Positions 1 to 13,014 of a stretch of DNA of 64,000 nucleotides are shown here, one piece after another. The DNA is taken from positions 195,426,001 to 195,490,000 of the forward strand of contig NC_086097.1 in the NCBI RefSeq assembly GCF_963921235.1. Reading direction: 5' to 3'. Every line of letters begins with the position of its first letter. Within the stretch, counting starts at the first letter, position 1. Position numbers and translations under genes: made by a program. Source of the stretch: Mobula hypostoma (Eukaryota). The notes under the pieces were generated by a model that saw only the letters and a program-made list of their open reading frames with translations, ran no database searches and was not told the DNA's origin.

Positions 1-332
1 ACAGTTACATTAAAAATACTGTTGAGGTATTGTTATGATGCCAACCTATCATGCCTATTCAATTTCTCAAAAAATCTGAAGCAAATCACATACAAAAATG
101 TCTTCAAGTATTCCTAAAGTCTTTCAGGTAATGAATACCAGATTTGCATAACTCTCAGGGAATAAAAGAGCTCCTCATTTCCCCTTGGCTTATTTTGCCA
201 ATTATTTTAAATCTGTGATCAGTAATCAAAGCATCAGAGAAGATTGCTTCTTATTAGCTTATTCATCAATCTTCATAATGTCATATCCTTTAAAAAGCCT
301 TGGCTTAACTTTCACTGCTTTGAAGAGAAGGC

Positions 333-1508
333 TGTCATAAGGGGGCACTGGGAACGGACCCAAATGCAAGACACAGACACTGAAGTACTAGGAACAGGAC
401 TTGACTAGAGAGCTGGGACAGGAACACAGAATTGGGCTAGGACTTGGCTAGGAAAGTGGGACCTGGATGAGGAACAAGGATCTTGGAACCTGGACAAGGA
501 CTCTGAGCCAGAGACTGGACAGGGACCCGGAACCTGGGTCTTGACTCGGGCTCGGACCCTGGATCCAGGCGAGGACAAGACATGGTTACAGGACGAGGAG
601 TAGCAACAGGCTACAGGACTGGACATGGAACTCCTGCACAGGACGAGAACACAAAGCCTTGGCCTGGACTAGATGAGGTACTCCTGGGCTGGGTGAGGCA
701 CAAGGACAGGACAAGACCCCAAAGCCTTGACTTGGTCTTGGGAGACAGGAACGCAGAACACAGAGCCTGGTAATCTTGGGAGACAGGAACGCAGAACACA
801 GAGCCTTCGTCTTGAGAGACAGGAACATGGAACACAGAGCCAGAACCCCTCCTTGGGAAAAGGATGTAGGGCTGGGACTCATACACGGAACACAGAGCCA
901 GAACCCCTCCTTGGGAACAGGACATAGGGCTGAGACTCATACACAGAATGCTGAATACGACGAGATGGTTCCTAACACAAGGTAGCGGGAAATGGCCAGA
1001 CCTACTTAGCGAAGGCGTGGACACAGAGACAGTTCCCAACACAATGTAGTAGCAAATGACCAGACCTACCTAGCGAAGGTGTAGACACAAAGATGATTCC
1101 CAACACAAGGTAGCAGCAAATGGTTGGACCTACCTAGCGAAGGCATGGACACAGAGACCGTTCCAAACAATGAAAATAGTTCCTTAACTAGACACAGCAA
1201 GGCTCCAGTCTTGCTCCAGCAGTAGAACTTGACAGTGATACAGGTGAGGACACAGGCGAGGTAGCAGGCAAGTCTTCAGGCCAAGGCTTCAGGCAGAGGT
1301 TGCAGGCAAGGCCTCAGGAGGAAGGGGAAGGGAACAGTCCAGCAACTGAAGCTGAACCCAGGAGCTATTTATGTAGCCAGCCCAAAATGAGAATTATGTG
1401 CCTCAATTAAGGCAACAACAGAGCAAAGCAAAACCAGATAACCTGGACTATGGGTCAATGGACCAGATCGTGGACCGGAATGCAGACTTCACGGACTGGA
1501 CCATGACA
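333..1508 (-). mobile_element. Solo LTR-like element, family A, copy 1 (reverse orientation)
   Basis: TGTCAT...ATGACA termini; reverse complement of the copies at 7877, 21554 and 29791; internal tandem arrays; TSD degenerate (AAGGC/AGTGC). Confidence 0.8.
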
Positions 1509-1609
1509 AGTGCATCCTTTTCTTCCAGTCTCCCTATATAATTGAAGACCCTCAACATCTCTGCCATCCTGATAACTCTTCGGCAACTCTTCCTACCTAC
1601 AGCAAAGAT

Positions 1610-2290
1610 ATCAGTAAGATTGAAAGAGTACAAAGAAAATTTGCAAGGCTGTTGCCGGGACTTGAGGACCATTTATAGAGAAAGACTGAATAGGTTTTGA
1701 TTTTATTTCCTGAAGCACTGTGTTTGAAAGTCAGGAGGTTATGTTGCAACTTTATAAAACTCTGGTTAGGCCACATCTGAAGTATTGTGTATAGTTCTGT
1801 TTGCCCTACTGTAGGAAAGATGTTGAGGCTTTGGAGAGGGCACAGAAGAGGTTTGCCAGGATGCTGCCAGGTTTACAGGGCATGTGCTAACACCAGAGGC
1901 TGGATAAACTTGGGTTGTTTTCTCAGGAGCATCAAAAGATGAGGGGAGATCTGATAGAGGTTTATAAAAATATGAGAGGCATAGATAGAGTGGACAGAGA
2001 GTATCTGTTTCCCAGGACTGCGATGTCTAATAACAAAGAGCATGCATTGAAGGTGAGAAGGGGTAGTTTCATGGAGGATGTGAGGGGTAAGTATTTTACT
2101 CAGAGAGTCATGAATGCCTGGAATGCTCTGCCAAGTATGGTGGCAGAGGTAAATACATTAGAGGTTTTTAAGAGATGTTTGGATAGGCACATGGATGTAA
2201 GGAAGATGAAAGGATACGGACATGGTGTAGGTAGGAGGATTTAATGTTTGGATGTTTTTCATTTGTTTTTTACCTGGTACGACCAAAAGG
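1610..2290 (+). mobile_element. CR1 LINE 3' fragments (degenerate)
   Basis: ORF 1915-2244 RGDLIEVYK...FTQRVMNAWNALP is the CR1 ORF2 C-terminus; upstream RPHLKYCV motif. Confidence 0.85.
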
Positions 2291-2347
2291 TTCTATTTCA
2301 TCAGTTAAAATATGACTTGATTCCAAAATGCATTAGGCTTGTTTAGA

Positions 2348-2921
2348 CAACACACATCAAAGTTGCTGGTGAATGCAGCAGGCCAGGCAGCATCTCTAGG
2401 AAGAGGTACAGTCGATGTTTCAGGCCGAGACCCTTCGTCAGGACTAAGTGAAGGAAGAGTTAATAAGAGATTTGAAAGTAGGAGGGGGAGGGGGAGATCC
2501 AAAATGATAGGAGAAGACAGGAGGGAGAGGGATGGAGCCTAGAGCTGGACAGGTGATTGGCAAAAGGGATATGAGAGGATCATGGGACAGGAGGCCCGGG
2601 GAGAAAGACAAGGGCGGGGGGAACCCAGAGGATGGGCAAGGGGTATAGTCAGAAGGACAGAGGGAGAAAAAGGAGAGTGAGAGAAAGAATGTGTGTATAA
2701 AAATAAATAACAGATGGGGTACGAGGGGGAGGTGGGGCATTAGCGGAAGTTAGAGAAGTCGATGTTCATGCCATCAGGTTGGAGGCTACCCAGACGGAAT
2801 ATAAGGTGTTGTTCCTCCAACCTGAGTGTGGCTTCATCTTTACAGTAGAGGAGGCCGTGGATAGACATGTCAGAATGGGAATGGGATGTGGAATTAAAAT
2901 GTGTGGCCACTGGGAGATCCT
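2348..2921 (-). mobile_element. 5'-truncated Penelope-like element (pseudo-LTR plus end of GIY-YIG region)
   Basis: Near-identical reverse complement of about 59525-60080; 11-bp TSD GCTTGTTTAGA at 2337-2347 and 2922-2932. Confidence 0.9.
2410..2445 (-). ncRNA. Minimal hammerhead ribozyme motif, helix III mutated
   Basis: Minus strand AGTC-CTGACGA-AGGGTCTCGGCCT-GAAA-CATC-GACT; CG to CA change breaks the ACGU palindrome. Confidence 0.65.
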
Positions 2922-2959
2922 GCTTGTTTAGATGTTCCTTTGAATCTTTTGAACAGAAC

Positions 2960-3718
2960 TTTTTGGCTTAGAGAAGGTGTGCTTAGAGAAAAAAGGTGCA
3001 AAATTTCATGAAAAGAACCCCTCTCCAACCATTAAGCAAGGGGGTGGAACGATTGTGCTTTGGGTTTGTGTTGCAGCCGGTGGCACAGGGAACATTTACT
3101 GGTAGAGGGAAGAATGAATTCCATTAAATACCAGCAAATTCTGGAAGTAAACATCACACCGTTGTAAAAAAGCTGAAGATGAGATGAGGATGGCTTCTAC
3201 AACAGGATAATGAACCTAAACACACCTCAAAATCCACAATGGACTACCTCAAGAGGCGCAAGCTGAAGGTTTTGCCATGGCCCTCACAGTCCCCTGGCCT
3301 AAACATCATCGAAAATCTGTGGATAGACCTCAAAAGAGCAGTGCATGCAAGACGGCCCAAGAATCTCACAGAACTAGAAGCCTTTTGCAAGGAAGAATGG
3401 GTGAAAATACCCCAAACAAGAATTGAAAGACTCTTCGCTGGCTACAAAAAGTGTTTACAAGCTGTGATATTTGCCAAAGGGGGTGTTACTAAGTACCATC
3501 TTGCAGGGTGCCCAAACACTTGCTCCGGGCCTTTTTCCTTTTTCGTTATTTTGAAACTGTAAAAGATGGAAATAAAAAAGTAATCTTGATTAAAATAGTA
3601 AAGAAATGTGTCATCTTTAAATTTATGCCTTTTGGAAATCAGTTCATCTTTTACTTGCTTAGCTATTCACAGTAACAGAAATTTTGACCAGGGGTGCCCA
3701 AACTTTTGCATACCACTG
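2960..3718 (+). mobile_element. Tc1 (IR/DR-type) DNA transposon, 3' part with transposase remnant
   Basis: LQQDNEPKH and WPSQSPGLNIIENLW catalytic-domain motifs; GGGTGCCCAAAC repeated near 3506 and 3692; ends ...CACTG followed by TA. Confidence 0.9.
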
Positions 3719-3720
3719 TA

Positions 3721-4029
3721 TTTACAAAAATCTGAAAAAGACTTTGGTTACATACTAAATCTCCTCAAACTCCAGTGAAGTAGAGCTGCTCATGTGCCTT
3801 TTTCATTATTACATCAATGTGTTGGGCTCAGGTCTATCTTCCAAGATGTTAACACCCAGCAACTTAAAGCTGATCACCCCTTCCAACACAGACCCCTAAA
3901 AGAGGACTAGTAAGTGCTTTCTCCTTCCTGACAACCACAACCACAAGAAATTCCTTAGCCTTGCTGATGTTGCGTATGAGGTTCTTGTTGTGACATCACT
4001 CCAACTATCTCATTCCTGCATGCCTCCTT
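3721..4029 (-). mobile_element. Rex1/Babar LINE fragment, left half of the L1 host
   Basis: Similar to Rex copies at 37540-37830 and 29380-29700; continues at 18361 after the L1 TSD. Confidence 0.7.
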
Positions 4030-4160
4030 TTTTTTTGCTCAGCATAACAAAACTTTCAATTTACAGATACGTTTACATTTACATTTCTTCCCCTCACAGA
4101 TATCAGCTATCAGAACATCTCCATCAAAATACAGACATCACCCCAACATCCTACAAAAAG

Positions 4161-7100
4161 TGGCTGAGGAACTGGTGTAGGGGGCAGGGTTTCAGATTTC
4201 AGGATCATTGGGACCTCTTCTGGGGCAGGTGGGACCTGTACAAGAGAGACGGGTTACACTTGAACCACAGGGGGACCAATATCCTTTCAGGGAGGTTTGT
4301 TAGTGCTATTGGGGAGGCTTTAAACTAGATTTGCAGGGGGATGGGAACCAGAGTGCCAGAACTGACAGTGTGGCTGGGGTGAAAATAAATGATATTGAAA
4401 GTTTAAGCAAATCCGCTGATAGAAAGGTTGAGAGTGGTGGTAAAAATCTTCTGAGGTGTATATATTTCAATGCTAGGAGTATTGCGGGGAAAGCATATGA
4501 GTTGAGGGCGTGGATTGATACGTGGAATTATGATGTTGTGGCAATTAGTGAAACTTGGCTACAGGAGGGGCAGGACTGGCAGCTTAATATTCTGGGGTTC
4601 TGATGTTTCAGATGTGATCGAGGCAGAGGAATGAAAGGTGGGGGAGTAGCATTGTTTGTTAGGGAAAATATTACAGCAGTGCTCAGGCAGGACAGATTAG
4701 AGGGCTTGTCTACTGAGTCCTTATGGGTGGAGCTGAAGAAGGTATGGCCACATTAGTGGGATTGTATTACAGACCACCCAATAGTCAACGAGACTTGGAA
4801 GAGCAAATCTGCAGAGAGATAACAGACAACTGCAGGAAACATAAAGTTGTGGTGGTAGGGGATTTTAATTTTCCATACATTGATTGGGACTCCCATACTG
4901 TTAGGGGTCTAGATGGTTTAGAGTTTGTAAAATGTGTTCAGGAAAGTTTTCTAAATCAGTATATAGAGGGACCAACTAGAGGGGATGCAATATTGGATCT
5001 CCTGTTAGGAAACGAATTAGGGCAAGTGACAGAAGTCTGTGTAGGGGAGCACTTTGGTTCCAGTGATCATAACGCCATTAGTTTCAATTTGATCATGGAC
5101 AAGGATAGATCTGGTCCTAGGGTTGAGGTTCTGAACTGGAAGAAGGCCAAATTTGAAGAAATGAGAAAGGATCTATAAAGCGTGGATTGGGACAGGTTGT
5201 TCTCTGGCAAAGATGTGATTGGTAGGTGGGAAGCCTTCAAAGGGGAAATTATGAGAGTGCAGAGTTTGTATGTTCCTGTCAGGATTAAAGGCAAATTGAA
5301 TAGGAATAAGGGACCTTGGTTCTCAAGGGATATTGTAACTCTGATAAAGAAAAAGAGGGAGTTGTATGAAATGTATAGGAAACAGGGGGTAAATCAGGTG
5401 CTTGAGGAATATAAGAAGTGCAAGAAAATACTTAAGAAAGAAATCAGGAGGGCTAAAAGAAGACATGAGGTTGCCTTGGCAGTCAAAGTGGAGGATAATC
5501 CAAAGAGCTTTTACAAGTATATTAAGAGCAAAAGGATTGTAAGGGATAAAATTGGTCCTCTTGAAGATCAGAGTGGTCGGCTTTGTGCGGAACCAAAGGA
5601 AATGGGGGAGATCTTAAATAGGTTTTTTGCGTCTGTATTTACTAAGGAAGCTGGCATGAAATCTATGGAATTGAGGGAATCAAGTAGTGAGACCATGGCA
5701 ACTGTACGGATTGGAAAGGAGGAGGTGCTTGCTGTCTTGAGCAAAATTAAAGTGGATAAATCCCTGGGACCTGACAGGGTGTTCCCTCGGACCTTGAAGG
5801 AGACTAGTGTTGAAATTGCGGGGGCCCTGGCAGAAATATTTAAAATGTCGCTGTCTACGGGTGAAGTGCCGGAGGATTGGAGAGTGGCTCATGTTGTTCC
5901 GTTGTTTAAAAAAGGATCAAAAAGTAATCCGGGAAATTATAGGCCGGTGAGTTTAACGTCAGTAGTAGGTAAGTTATTGGAGGGAGTACTAAGAGACAGA
6001 ATCTACAAGCATTTGGATAGACAGGGGCTTATTAGGGAGAGTCAACATGGCTTTGTGCGTGGTAGGTCATGTTTGACCAATCTGTTGGAGTTTTACGAGG
6101 AGGTTACCAGGAAAGTGGATGAAGGGAAGGCAGTGGATATTGTCTACATGGACTTCAGTAAGGCCTTTGACAAGGTCCCGCATGGGAGGTTAGTTAGGAA
6201 AATTCAGTCGCTAGGTATACATGGAGAGGTGGTAAATTGGATTGGGCATTGGCTCGATGGAAGAAGCCAAAGAGTGGTGGTAGAAATTTGCTTCTCTGAG
6301 TGGAGGCCTGTGACTAGTGGTGTGCCACAGGGATCAGTGCTGGATCCATTGTTATTTGTCATCTATATCAATGATCTGGATGATAATGTGGTAAATTGGA
6401 TCAGCAAGTTTGCTGATGATACAAAGATTGGAGGTGTAGTAGACAGTGAGGAAGGTTTTCAGAGCCTGCAGAGGGACTTGGACCAGCTGGAAAAATGGGC
6501 TGAAAAATGGCAGATGGAGTTTAATACTGACAAGTGTGAGGTAATGCACGTTGGAAGGACAAACCAACGTAGAACATACAGGGTTAATGGTAAGGCACTG
6601 AGGAGTGCAGTGGAACAGAGGGATCTGGGAATACAGATACAAAATTCCCTAAAAGTGTCGTCACAGGTAGATAGGGTCGTAAAGAGAGATTTTGGTACAT
6701 TGGCCTTTATTAATCAAAGTATTGAGTATAAGAGCTGGAATGTTATGATGAGGTTGTATAAGGCATTGGTGAGGCCGAATCTGGAGTATTGTGTTCAGTT
6801 TTGGTCACCAAATTACAGGAAGGATATAAATAAGGTTGAAAGAGTGCAGAGAAGGTTTACAAGGATGTTGCCGGGACTTGAGAAACTCAGTTACAGAGAA
6901 AGGTTTAATAGGTTAGGACTTTATTCCCTGGAGCATAGAAGAATGAGGGGAGATTTGATAGAGGTATATAAAATTATGATGGGTATAGATAGAGTGAATG
7001 CAAGCAGGCTTTTTCCACTGAGGCAAGGGGAGAAAAAAACCAGAGGACATGGGTTAAGGGTGAGAGGGGACAAGTTTAAAGGGAACATTGGGGGGGCTTC

Positions 7101-7336
7101 TTCACACAGAGAGTGGTGGGAGTATGGAATGAGCTGCCAGGCGAGGTGGTAAATGCGGGTTCTTTTTTAACATTTAAGAATAAATTGGACAGATACACGG
7201 ATGGGAGGTGTATGGAGGAGTATGGTTCGTGTGCAGGTCAGTGGGACTAGGCAGAAAATGGTTCGGCACAGCCAAGAAGGGCCAAAGGGCCTGTTTCTGT
7301 GCTGTAGTTTCTATGGTTCTATGGTTCTATGGTTCT
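4161..7336 (+). mobile_element. Relatively young CR1 LINE, 5'-truncated within ORF1
   Basis: ORF1 esterase-type tail (RDGLHLN); ORF2 APE and RT; (TTCTATGG)n tail at about 7309-7336; likely AAAAAG TSD at 4155-4160 and 7337-7342. Confidence 0.95.
4319..7250 (+). pseudogene. CR1 ORF2 (APE endonuclease + reverse transcriptase) with a few stops and frameshifts
   Basis: CIYFNARS, AISETW, VVGDFNFP, SDHN; 656-aa open segment 5182-7152 with NYRPVSLTS, GVPQGS, KFADD; stops at 4601 and 5176. Confidence 0.93.
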
Positions 7337-8069
7337 AAAAAGCCCTTATTAGTATAGCAGACAGGTTTACATCTATATACTGCAGAAAAGGTTGCCATGT
7401 TCTATGAAAATTATTTGTTTTTGAGTGTACCATACATGTATTCCATGATTAATGTATTCCATGATTAAGTTACACCAACCAAAAATTCTAGGGGCCTTAT
7501 CGGATATCCAACAAAGTAAAATGTTCTTCCTCGCACAAAAAGTCAGGATGTTAAAAAGTTTTTTCTTCAGAATCTTTTCCATTTCACCCAAAATATCACT
7601 CCAGTATGCCTGAAGTTTGGGACAAGTCCAAAAACAGTGGGTGAAAGTTCCAGTATTTACCTTACATTTAGAACACATTGGAGAAAGCTCCGTCTGAAAT
7701 TTCGAGAGACGATCTGGAGTCAGATGGGCTCTATGCAGAATTTTGAGTAGCAATGCTTTAGTTCTATTACAAATGAAACTTTCTTTGCATTATCAAAGAT
7801 GTCTTCCCATATTTCAGCTGTAATTTGTACTCCCAGCACTTCCTCCCAGACCCTTCCCGGCTGTTCTGCCTCTCCATGTCATGGTCCAGTCTGTAAACTC
7901 CGCATTCCGATTCACAGTCCGGTCAATCGATCCTTGTTCCGGGTTTTCCTGTTTTCTCCCTTGTTCTGTTGAGTACCTCAGTTGAGGCACCTGATTCTCA
8001 TTTTGGGCTGGCTACAAAATTAGCTCCTGGGTTCAGCTTCATTTGCTGTCTGGGCTGAGCTGGGGGGCT

Positions 8070-8137
8070 GGAGCCTGGAGCCTGGAGCTTGGAGCCTGGA
8101 GCCTGGAGCTTGGAGCCTGCAGCCTGGAGCGTTGGAG
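8070..8137 (+). repeat. 7-bp tandem repeat (GGAGCCT/GGAGCTT)n in the LINE 5' UTR
   Basis: About nine directly visible units. Confidence 0.9.
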
Positions 8138-8244
8138 AGAGAGATGACTGTAGATCTGCCTGCAGTGTTTTGCTTTGAATTTTTGCTGGTTTTTCGGAGG
8201 ACGACGGCGGTTAGCTAAATAACTAGATTGTGAATGGACAGAGG

Positions 8245-9416
8245 ATGGCAGGAGGAAGTGACAATTCGGGAAGTGAGTTCAAGATGGAAGATGGTGGGAA
8301 AGAGGAACGAGGTGTAAAGAGTAAGAAAAGAAAACAGAGGTATGAGCGGTCAAATTCTGAAGGGTCAGGGGATGATCGAAAAAGGATAGCAAAAGAATGG
8401 AAAGAAGATGAGATTAAGGCAATTATAAAACTGAGCAAAGGCAGGGCATCTTTCACGGATTGGAACCCAATTTATTTGGCAAAGATAATCAACAAACTTA
8501 TAGACAAAGTCAAAAGAGCTAAGGTATTACGAAATAGATCGCCATTAGTGATATGTCGGGATAGCGCTCAGCAAGGCAAGTGATAAGATTAAATAAAATA
8601 GACGGCAAAAAAGTACGATGCTCAATACTCAACAATAGAAAGTGGACTAGAGGAGTTATTTCAGGGATACCAACAGAAGTTTCTATGGATGAGATTAAAC
8701 AGAACATAAAAGGAGCAAAAATTATTGAGGCCAAATGTTTGAAAGTTACAAGAGACGGAAAAAAGTGTGATAGTTTATCGGTGATGATTAACTTTGATGA
8801 AGAGAGATTGCCGACTAAAGTTTATTTAGGGCATATGTGTTATGAGGTCAGAATATATATACCGCCACCTTTAAGATGTTTTAAATGTCAGAAATTTGGG
8901 TATATTGCAGCGCTCTGCAGAGAGAAACAAAGATGTGGAAGATGCGCTGGAGAACATGAATACGGGAAGTGTGAGGCGGGAGCGAGGCTGTAATGTTGCA
9001 ATTGTGGCGAGGAACATAGTGCACATTATTGAGGGTGCATTATTAGCAAGAAGGCAGCTGAGATGAAATATGATAAAGTAACTCAAGGTATTAGTTATGC
9101 TGAGGCAGTGGAAAGTTTCGCGGGAAAGGAGAAAGCTACTAAGCAAACAAATGCAGGGAATAATAAACCAGTGGACTGTGAGGGCTGTAATATGATAAAT
9201 AAGGACACACTAATAATGAATAGAAAAGATTTCGTACTGTTTCTGGTAGATGCAATTAACTGTTCAGCGCAAACAGACAAAAGAACAGAAAAAACTAAAA
9301 TTATAGTCAAGTCTGCAGAAAAATATCTTGGTATTACAGGACTCAGGTGGGAAGCAGTTGACAAAATGCTGAATGGAGGATCAAACAGATCACAGGCAGG
9401 GGAGGCGGGATCTTAA
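8245..9416 (+). pseudogene. Nimb-like ORF1 (gag-like, three zinc knuckles), disrupted
   Basis: PLRCFKCQKFGYIAALC, CGRCAGEHEYGKC, CCNCGEEH; frameshift near 8580 and stop at 8991. Confidence 0.88.
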
Positions 9417-12400
9417 TGGCAATATATATTTTGCAATGGAATGCAAGGAGTCTTATCGCAAATGGTCAATAATTTAAGAAATATGTAGCAGATCTTGATG
9501 AAAAACCTCAGATTCTATGTATACAAGAAACATGGTTGAAACCACAATTAGATTTTGTTTTGCAAGGATATACAGCAATTAGGAGGGATAGAAGCAATGG
9601 CAATGGTGGAGGAGTAGCAATATTATAGCCAGTGGGATGAGATATAGTATAGTCAAAATAGGGCAGAAGTATGAATCAATAATAATCAAAATATGGATAG
9701 GCAGAGAAAGCTTGGTAATAATAAATTATTATAATCCATGTAGAAGACTAAGCAAAGATACATTAAACAATGTGGGTGGTAGGATGCAAGGGAAAATAAT
9801 ATGGTGCGGGGATTTCAGTGGATGCAGTACACTATGGGGATGTAAAACTGTGGATGGAAACGAATTAGTGATAGAAGAATTTCTAGATGATGAAAAACTG
9901 GTATGTATAAATAATGGAGAAGGTACAAGAAATAGAACAAAATGTAGGATCTAGAGTGTCAAGGTGGAAACTAAATAAGGCAGAGTGGGAGATATTTCAA
10001 AAAAAAAGTCAAGTAAGATGCACAAAGATTTTAGATGAAAATATATCAAATATAGAAGAAATGAATGATAAATTGGTCACAGCAATTATAAATTCGGCAG
10101 AAGAAACAATTCCAAAAAGTAAAGGTACAGGAAAGAGGAAAACTGTTCCATGGTGGAATTGTGAATGTAGTAGAAGTATAAAAGGAAGAAATAAAGCATT
10201 TAAAATGTTAAAAAGACAACATTCTGTAGAAACATTAATACAATATAAAAGAGCACAAGCAGAAGTTCAGAAAGCAATCAGACAAGCAAAGCGAGCATTT
10301 TGGAGACAGTATTGTAACAAAATTGGAAGAGAAACTCAACTGTCCGAAAAATGGGGCATGATAAGGAAAATGAATGGTATAAGAAGTAGTAAAGGGATTC
10401 CTGTGCTAAAAGGTAAGGACAAAATGATAATTAACAATGTAGAAAAAGCAGCAATATTGGCAAAGACTGTTGTAAACATACATAGCTCAGAGAATTTGAC
10501 GGTCGAGGCTAGACAACAAAAGGAGGAGAGGCTTAAGCAAAATTCGGGAATTATGGACAAAAGAGCAACATCAGAAGGAGTGCTGGATACACCTATTAGC
10601 ATAACAGAAATAGAAAGAGCAATTATGAATGCACAGCCAAGTTCTCCTGGGAAGGATCAAGTATGGGCTGTAATGCTGAAGCACTTGTCAAGAAGTGCAC
10701 TTCTAGTCCTGCAGAGACTGTTTAATAAAATATGGGAAATAGGTAAGCTACCAACTGCATGGAAACATTCTGTTATTGTTCCAGTATTAAAACCTGGTAA
10801 AGATTCATCAGACCCAACAAATTATAGACCAATTGCACTAACTTCACAGCTAGGTAAACTTATGGAACGAATAATAACTGATAGGTTTACATACTTTCTA
10901 GAAAAAAGAAATCTTATTTCTCCCTATCAAAGCGGTTTTTGTAAAGAAAGAACTACAGTAGATTCAATACTTAGCTTGGAATGTGAAATTAGGAAGGCAC
11001 AAGCAAATAAAGAAATGGTCCTGGCAGTATTTTTTGACATAGAAAAGGCATATGATATGCTCTGGAAAGAGGGAGTGTTAATTAAATTGAAAGAACTAGG
11101 GATGGAAGGAAAATTATATAACTGGGTTCTAGACTTTCTTTTTGGTCGAACAATTCAAGTTAAGGTAGAAGCAAAGTACTCCAGGACATACTTGGTTGAA
11201 AATGGAACACCACAAGGTAGTGTCTGCTGTCCATTACTACTTTCCATAGTGATAAATGACATATTTGCGAAAGTTGAACATAGTGTGGGGGAATCCTTAT
11301 ATGCAAATGATGTGGCTTTATGGGTAAGGGGAAGAAATTTAATTTATATACAAAGGAAAATGCAAGATACAATAAATAAAGTGGAGGAGTGGGCAAGTAA
11401 ATGGGGTTTCAAATTGTCTACAAGTTATTCGCAAGTGCTATGTTTCTCAATAAGTCACAAACCAGTTTCCATGAAATTATATGAACAAAAATTAGAACAG
11501 GTGAAAGTAATTCAGTTCCTTGGTTTATTATTTGATAAGAAACTTACATGGAAAAAGCAAATCGAGAAAATTACAAACAAATGTGGAAAAATAAATAACT
11601 TACTGAAGGGTCTTGCCAGACAGGACTGGGGTGCGAGCAGGATATCGCTATTAATTATTTATCAGCTGTAATAAGGGCTGCTTTGGATGATGGAAGTGTA
11701 GCTTACATGTCAGCTGCAGAAAATAATTTAAAAATGCTGGATATTGAGCAAGCCCAGGCCCTCAGGATATGTAGTGGTGCATTCAGAACATCACCTATAT
11801 CAGCTCTTCAAGTCGAAATGGGGGAATGCCATTAAGACTTAGAAGAATAAAGCTAATGCTAAATTACTGGGTTAACATCATGGGACATAACTACTCACAT
11901 CCAGCTAAAGCTACATTAAAAGACTGCTGGGAACATAATAAGTAGCTTTGGATGGATTGGGGATGCAGCAGCACAAAAATATAGTCGACATGAAATGGAA
12001 TATAGCCCTACAGTTCCAGTAGCTGATGTTCCTCCATGGCTCTTTACAACGCATGCAGTAGATAAAAACCTGCAACAACTTTTAAAAAAGAAATCTAACT
12101 ATGGCATCAAACAGATAGTACAAGAATATATAGACTCGCATTTTAGAAATGAACTTGTAATATTTACGGATGGATCAAAAGACCCTAGATCTGGCCACAC
12201 AGGTATTGCAGTCTACATTCCTCAGTGCAAAACTAGTATCAGGAAAAGAACATCAAATCATTTATCAGTGTGTACAACAGAATTAATGGCATATTGAGTG
12301 CATTATCTTGGATAGAACAAAATAATATCAAAAAGGCTATAATCTGTTCAGACAGTTTATCTGCATTAACCTCGATCAAATCAAGCAAATCAGAAAGTAG

Positions 12401-13014
12401 ACAGGATATTTTATTGGGGATTTTATACAAGTTATATACACTGACCAAAAATGGGGTGGAGGTAAGCTTTCTTTGGGTTCCTGCTCATTGTGGAGTAGAG
12501 GGCAATGAAAGGGCGGATAGTACAGCTAAACAATTGCTCAAGTCGTCTATAATAGAGGTCCAGATCCCTCTTAGCTAAGCGGAAGTCAAGAGCATTATTA
12601 AAACACGTATTGAGGAGACATGACAGGAGCATTGAGATGAGAGTGAAACAGGGAGACAACTGTACAAAATACAGAGGCAAGTCAGATACAAAAGATTGTC
12701 AAGTGGATATAGAAAGACAGAAGTGATCATCAGTCGTTTGAGAATTGGACACACTAATCTTAGTTATACATCACACAAAATAGGGAAACATCCATCTGGG
12801 TTCTGTGAATATTGTAATCAACCAGAAATAGTTGAACATGTATTGATAAAATGTAAGAAGTATCAAAAAGAAAGATTGAAAATGATAGGAGAGTTTAAGA
12901 TAAACAAAAAAAACTGATGTGGGTATAGAAGACATTTTAAGTAGGAATTCAAGAGAAATACAGATCCGTATCATGAAGTATCTGAAAGACTCAGGTTTAT
13001 TATATAGAATATAG
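9416..13014 (+). pseudogene. Nimb-like ORF2 (APE, RT, RNase H, CCHC), disrupted
   Basis: ILQWNARSL, CIQETWL, NYRPIALTS, GTPQGS, YAND (dead YADD), IFTDGSKD, WVPAHCGVEGNERAD, CEYC...EHVLIKC. Confidence 0.92.

Noticed and set aside
735..1170. Regularly spaced repeats resembling a CRISPR array
   Set aside because: Units are head-to-tail without unique spacers, lie inside a eukaryotic LTR-like repeat, and no cas genes are present.
333..1508. Many overlapping 60-140 aa ORFs in LTR-A copies (also 13171-13846, 21630-22423, 30249-30952)
   Set aside because: By-products of GC-rich tandem arrays; no domain motifs, and open on both strands.
5182..7152. 656-aa ORF as an active or host gene
   Set aside because: It is CR1 RT; the upstream endonuclease has stops and a frameshift and the element is 5'-truncated.
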